DNA of 8,225 nucleotides from a virus (Duplodnaviria; Heunggongvirae; Uroviricota; Caudoviricetes): IMG/VR virus record IMGVR_UViG_2541047968_000004; one strand, 5' to 3'. Shown piece by piece: positions 6,790 to 8,225 of this stretch (position 1 is its first letter; each line of letters starts with the position of its first letter). The notes under the pieces were generated by a model. It saw only the letters and a program-made list of their open reading frames with translations, ran no database searches and was not told where the DNA came from. The position numbers and the translations under genes were made by a program.

Positions 6790-7621
6790 CCAGTCTCCCC
6801 GAATTACTCATTTCATGCAGCGATGACACGATGTCACTGACAGGCGTAACAACGCCCCGACGCTGGCTGGTCAGAATATCGGTTTCCGCTCTGAGTTTAT
6901 CTCTGGCAGCGTTGATTCTTTCCCGGTCAGCACGAAGTTTTGGTGCTGTTTCCGCCAGAACGTCCAGCGTCAGCAATGAGCGTTCAATTGACTCGATACG
7001 GGCAATATTCCGGTCAAGGGCCTGTTCTGCTTTGAGTATTTTGTCGTACAGGGCAACACGGGTTTCCACGTCAGCCGCCTCTTTCAGGTCGGCGAACATT
7101 TTTTTCAGTGTTCCTGTTACTGAAAGTGCGCGGGCACGGGTGAACACCAGTTCATCGAACAGCACCATATCGGACGCATCATCCATGAGGTTATCTGCCT
7201 CAAGATACTTCGCATATCCACGGTGTCTCACGGCGTGGGTGTTACGGTCGCTAAACCGGGCAACGGGGTGAGGATTGCCCGATCTGCTGTTGCGTTTCGT
7301 TTCTGCCGAATTTGCGCAGTTTTTTGCGCATTTTTCATCACTGCCATCATCGCCGTAAGACTCGTCATTACTGGACTCGTCATCAGCTCCATGCGCATTT
7401 TTTTGTGCGCTTTTTTGAGTGTCAATTTGCGCACTTTTTTGCGCATTTTTCTGCGCACTTTCCTCTGTATTTTTGGGGGAGTTTTTGCGCAGTTTTATGT
7501 ACCGACGAGCCGTGCCATAGCAGATATTGTTCTGTCGACACCAGTCCTGAAGTTTTATGCCAGTTCTGGCATGTTCGCGTCGGAATGCCTGCTCCAGTTT
7601 TTTCCAGTCCAGCTTTGCCAT
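6770..7621 (-). CDS. Putative terminase small subunit, 283 aa
   Basis: It is immediately upstream of terL and overlaps it. The N-terminal ~45 aa (MAKLDWKKLEQAFRREHARTGIKLQDWCRQNNICYGTARRYIKLRK) look like a helix-turn-helix DNA-binding domain. This is followed by a low-complexity AQK-repeat and acidic linker, then a helical, R/E/L-rich C-terminal half consistent with an oligomerisation domain. The RBS is weak (GAGGA about 15 nt upstream). Family not confirmed. Confidence 0.65.
   Translation of the reverse strand: MAKLDWKKLEQAFRREHARTGIKLQDWCRQNNICYGTARRYIKLRKNSPKNTEESAQKNAQKSAQIDTQKSAQKNAHGADDESSNDESYGDDGSDEKCAKNCANSAETKRNSRSGNPHPVARFSDRNTHAVRHRGYAKYLEADNLMDDASDMVLFDELVFTRARALSVTGTLKKMFADLKEAADVETRVALYDKILKAEQALDRNIARIESIERSLLTLDVLAETAPKLRADRERINAARDKLRAETDILTSQRRGVVTPVSDIVSSLHEMSNSGRLDDIPEE
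7313..7491. repeat. Array of about 8 TGCGCA-plus-T-tract repeats inside the putative terS gene
   Basis: Plus-strand copies of TGCGCA (one GTGCGC variant) each followed by T4-T7, starting at about 7313, 7326, 7392, 7406, 7428, 7440, 7452 and 7486. On the coding strand they encode the repeated motifs CAKNCA and SAQKNAQKSAQ...QKSAQKNA. Confidence 0.6.
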
Positions 7622-7922
7622 GTCACTTTCTGACGTCCTCTGTTAAAAACTGACGCATAATGACCGCTGTGATTTTTCAGAATTCACACAGCAGCGTCTT
7701 GTTTGATTGATATTTACACAATATGGTTGTTTTATCCGGTTTCTTCCACCACCGCACCGGACAGGCGGCCATGCGGGAAAACGCTCACGTTACCTGAAAA
7801 CGTGGAAAGCCCGGTGTGCATCGTTTTTGATTATCCCCACACACTCGCGCAGGAGGTCCAGTGTCTGGCTGAGGTCTCTGTTAATGCGGGAATACTGCGA
7901 CGATACGGCGCATCAGCAAAAC

Positions 7923-8225
7923 TTATTTCAGGCACTGAGTGCGGATATATTCCTGTGCCCCTTCCAGCTGCTTCTGCATCATCATCAACCGCTCTCTGAG
8001 GGTGAAATAATCCCGTTCAGCGGTGTCTGCCAGTCGGGGGCCGGTTGCATTATCCATGCCGGAGGTGCCGGTGGCTTCACGCACGGTACCGGAGCAGGTG
8101 GCGTTGATCCGCAGGCGCTTACGACCAGCGGCAACATCAGCACGCAGAGTTTCATTTTCAGCTCTCGCATCGGCTAATTCCCTCGAGTATTTTGCATCGA
8201 GCGCAGCAACATCGCGCTGGCGCAC
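7923..8225 (-). CDS. Rz: Rz i-spanin, C-terminal ~100 aa; 5' end lies beyond the window edge
   Basis: The translation (RQRDVAALDAKYSRELADARAENETLRADVAAGRKRLRINATC...PRLADTAERDYFTLRERLMMMQKQLEGAQEYIRTQC) closely matches phage lambda Rz as I recall it (MRQRDVAALDAKYTKELADAKAEN...RLADTAERDYFTLRERL...MQKQLEG). Stop TAA at 7923-7925. The first codon in the window is GTG, so the ORF continues upstream out of the window. Match is from memory, not a search. Confidence 0.9.
   Translation of the reverse strand: MRQRDVAALDAKYSRELADARAENETLRADVAAGRKRLRINATCSGTVREATGTSGMDNATGPRLADTAERDYFTLRERLMMMQKQLEGAQEYIRTQCLK
7985..8170 (-). CDS. Rz1: Rz1 o-spanin (outer-membrane lipoprotein), 61 aa, embedded in Rz in a different frame
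   Basis: MRELKMKLCVLMLPLVVSACGSTPPAPVPCVKPPAPPAWIMQPAPDWQTPLNGIISPSESG matches lambda Rz1 as I recall it (MLKLKMMLCV..PLVV.GC...CVKPPPPPAWIMQPPPDWQTPLNGIISPSE). It has a signal peptide with lipobox VSAC and a proline-rich mature part. ATG at 8170 is preceded by GAGGGA with an 8-nt spacer; an alternative start is the M at 8155. It lies entirely inside Rz, as in lambda. Confidence 0.9.
   Translation of the reverse strand: MRELKMKLCVLMLPLVVSACGSTPPAPVPCVKPPAPPAWIMQPAPDWQTPLNGIISPSESG

Noticed and set aside
6783-7653. Plus-strand ORFs 6783..7271, 7223..7633 and 7312..7653, and minus-strand 7228..7458, inside terS
   Set aside because: They are antisense to or off-frame within terS. The plus-strand frames are open mainly because the T-tract/TGCGCA repeats lack stop codons in that frame.
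7707-7735. Sigma70-like promoter on the plus strand (TTGATA, 17 bp, TTTTAT)
   Set aside because: The -10 is a poor match, and the transcript would run antisense into Rz. It is no better than chance in an AT-rich segment.
7732-7821. 29-aa minus-strand ORF (MHTGLSTFSGNVSVFPHGRLSGAVVEETG) in the Rz-terS intergenic region
   Set aside because: It is very short, its SD is weak and badly spaced, and it has no recognisable features. It cannot be excluded as a small protein but is not supportable from sequence alone.
7703-8177. Plus-strand ORFs 7703..7999 (98 aa) and 7707..8177 (156 aa), considered as a bor-like gene on the opposite strand
   Set aside because: Both overlap Rz/Rz1 extensively on the opposite strand. 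Neither has a signal peptide or lipobox, and neither resembles lambda Bor as I recall it. They are probably spurious.
42-8225. Embedded defence or anti-defence system, toxin-antitoxin pair, or programmed frameshift site
   Set aside because: Every long minus-strand ORF is accounted for by a lysis or morphogenesis function in canonical order. I found no extra cargo ORFs, no slippery-heptamer-plus-structure arrangement, and no paired small ORFs. Absence is judged by eye only.

Overview
This window reads as one contiguous late-operon segment of a lambdoid (temperate, mosaic) phage or prophage, with every convincing gene on the minus strand. In transcription order (high to low coordinates) it runs: the 3' part of the lambda-type i-spanin Rz with the o-spanin Rz1 embedded in it, a 300-bp stretch with no convincing ORF, a putative small terminase, the large terminase, the portal, a putative scaffolding protein, a putative major capsid protein, and a 146-aa ORF of unknown function. 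The large terminase is supported by motifs I could verify in the translation, and Rz/Rz1 by their resemblance to lambda Rz/Rz1 as I recall them; the other calls rest on size, composition and gene order. Two hairpin-plus-T-run terminators lie inside the operon, after the portal and after the capsid gene. I do not see a recognisable defence or anti-defence system. The observations most worth a second look are a tandem ~23-24-bp repeat array with regularly spaced GATC sites at the window start, a TGCGCA-plus-T-tract repeat array inside the small-terminase gene, the 300-bp spanin/terminase joint, and the 146-aa ORF. No searches or folding were run; all family assignments need confirmation.
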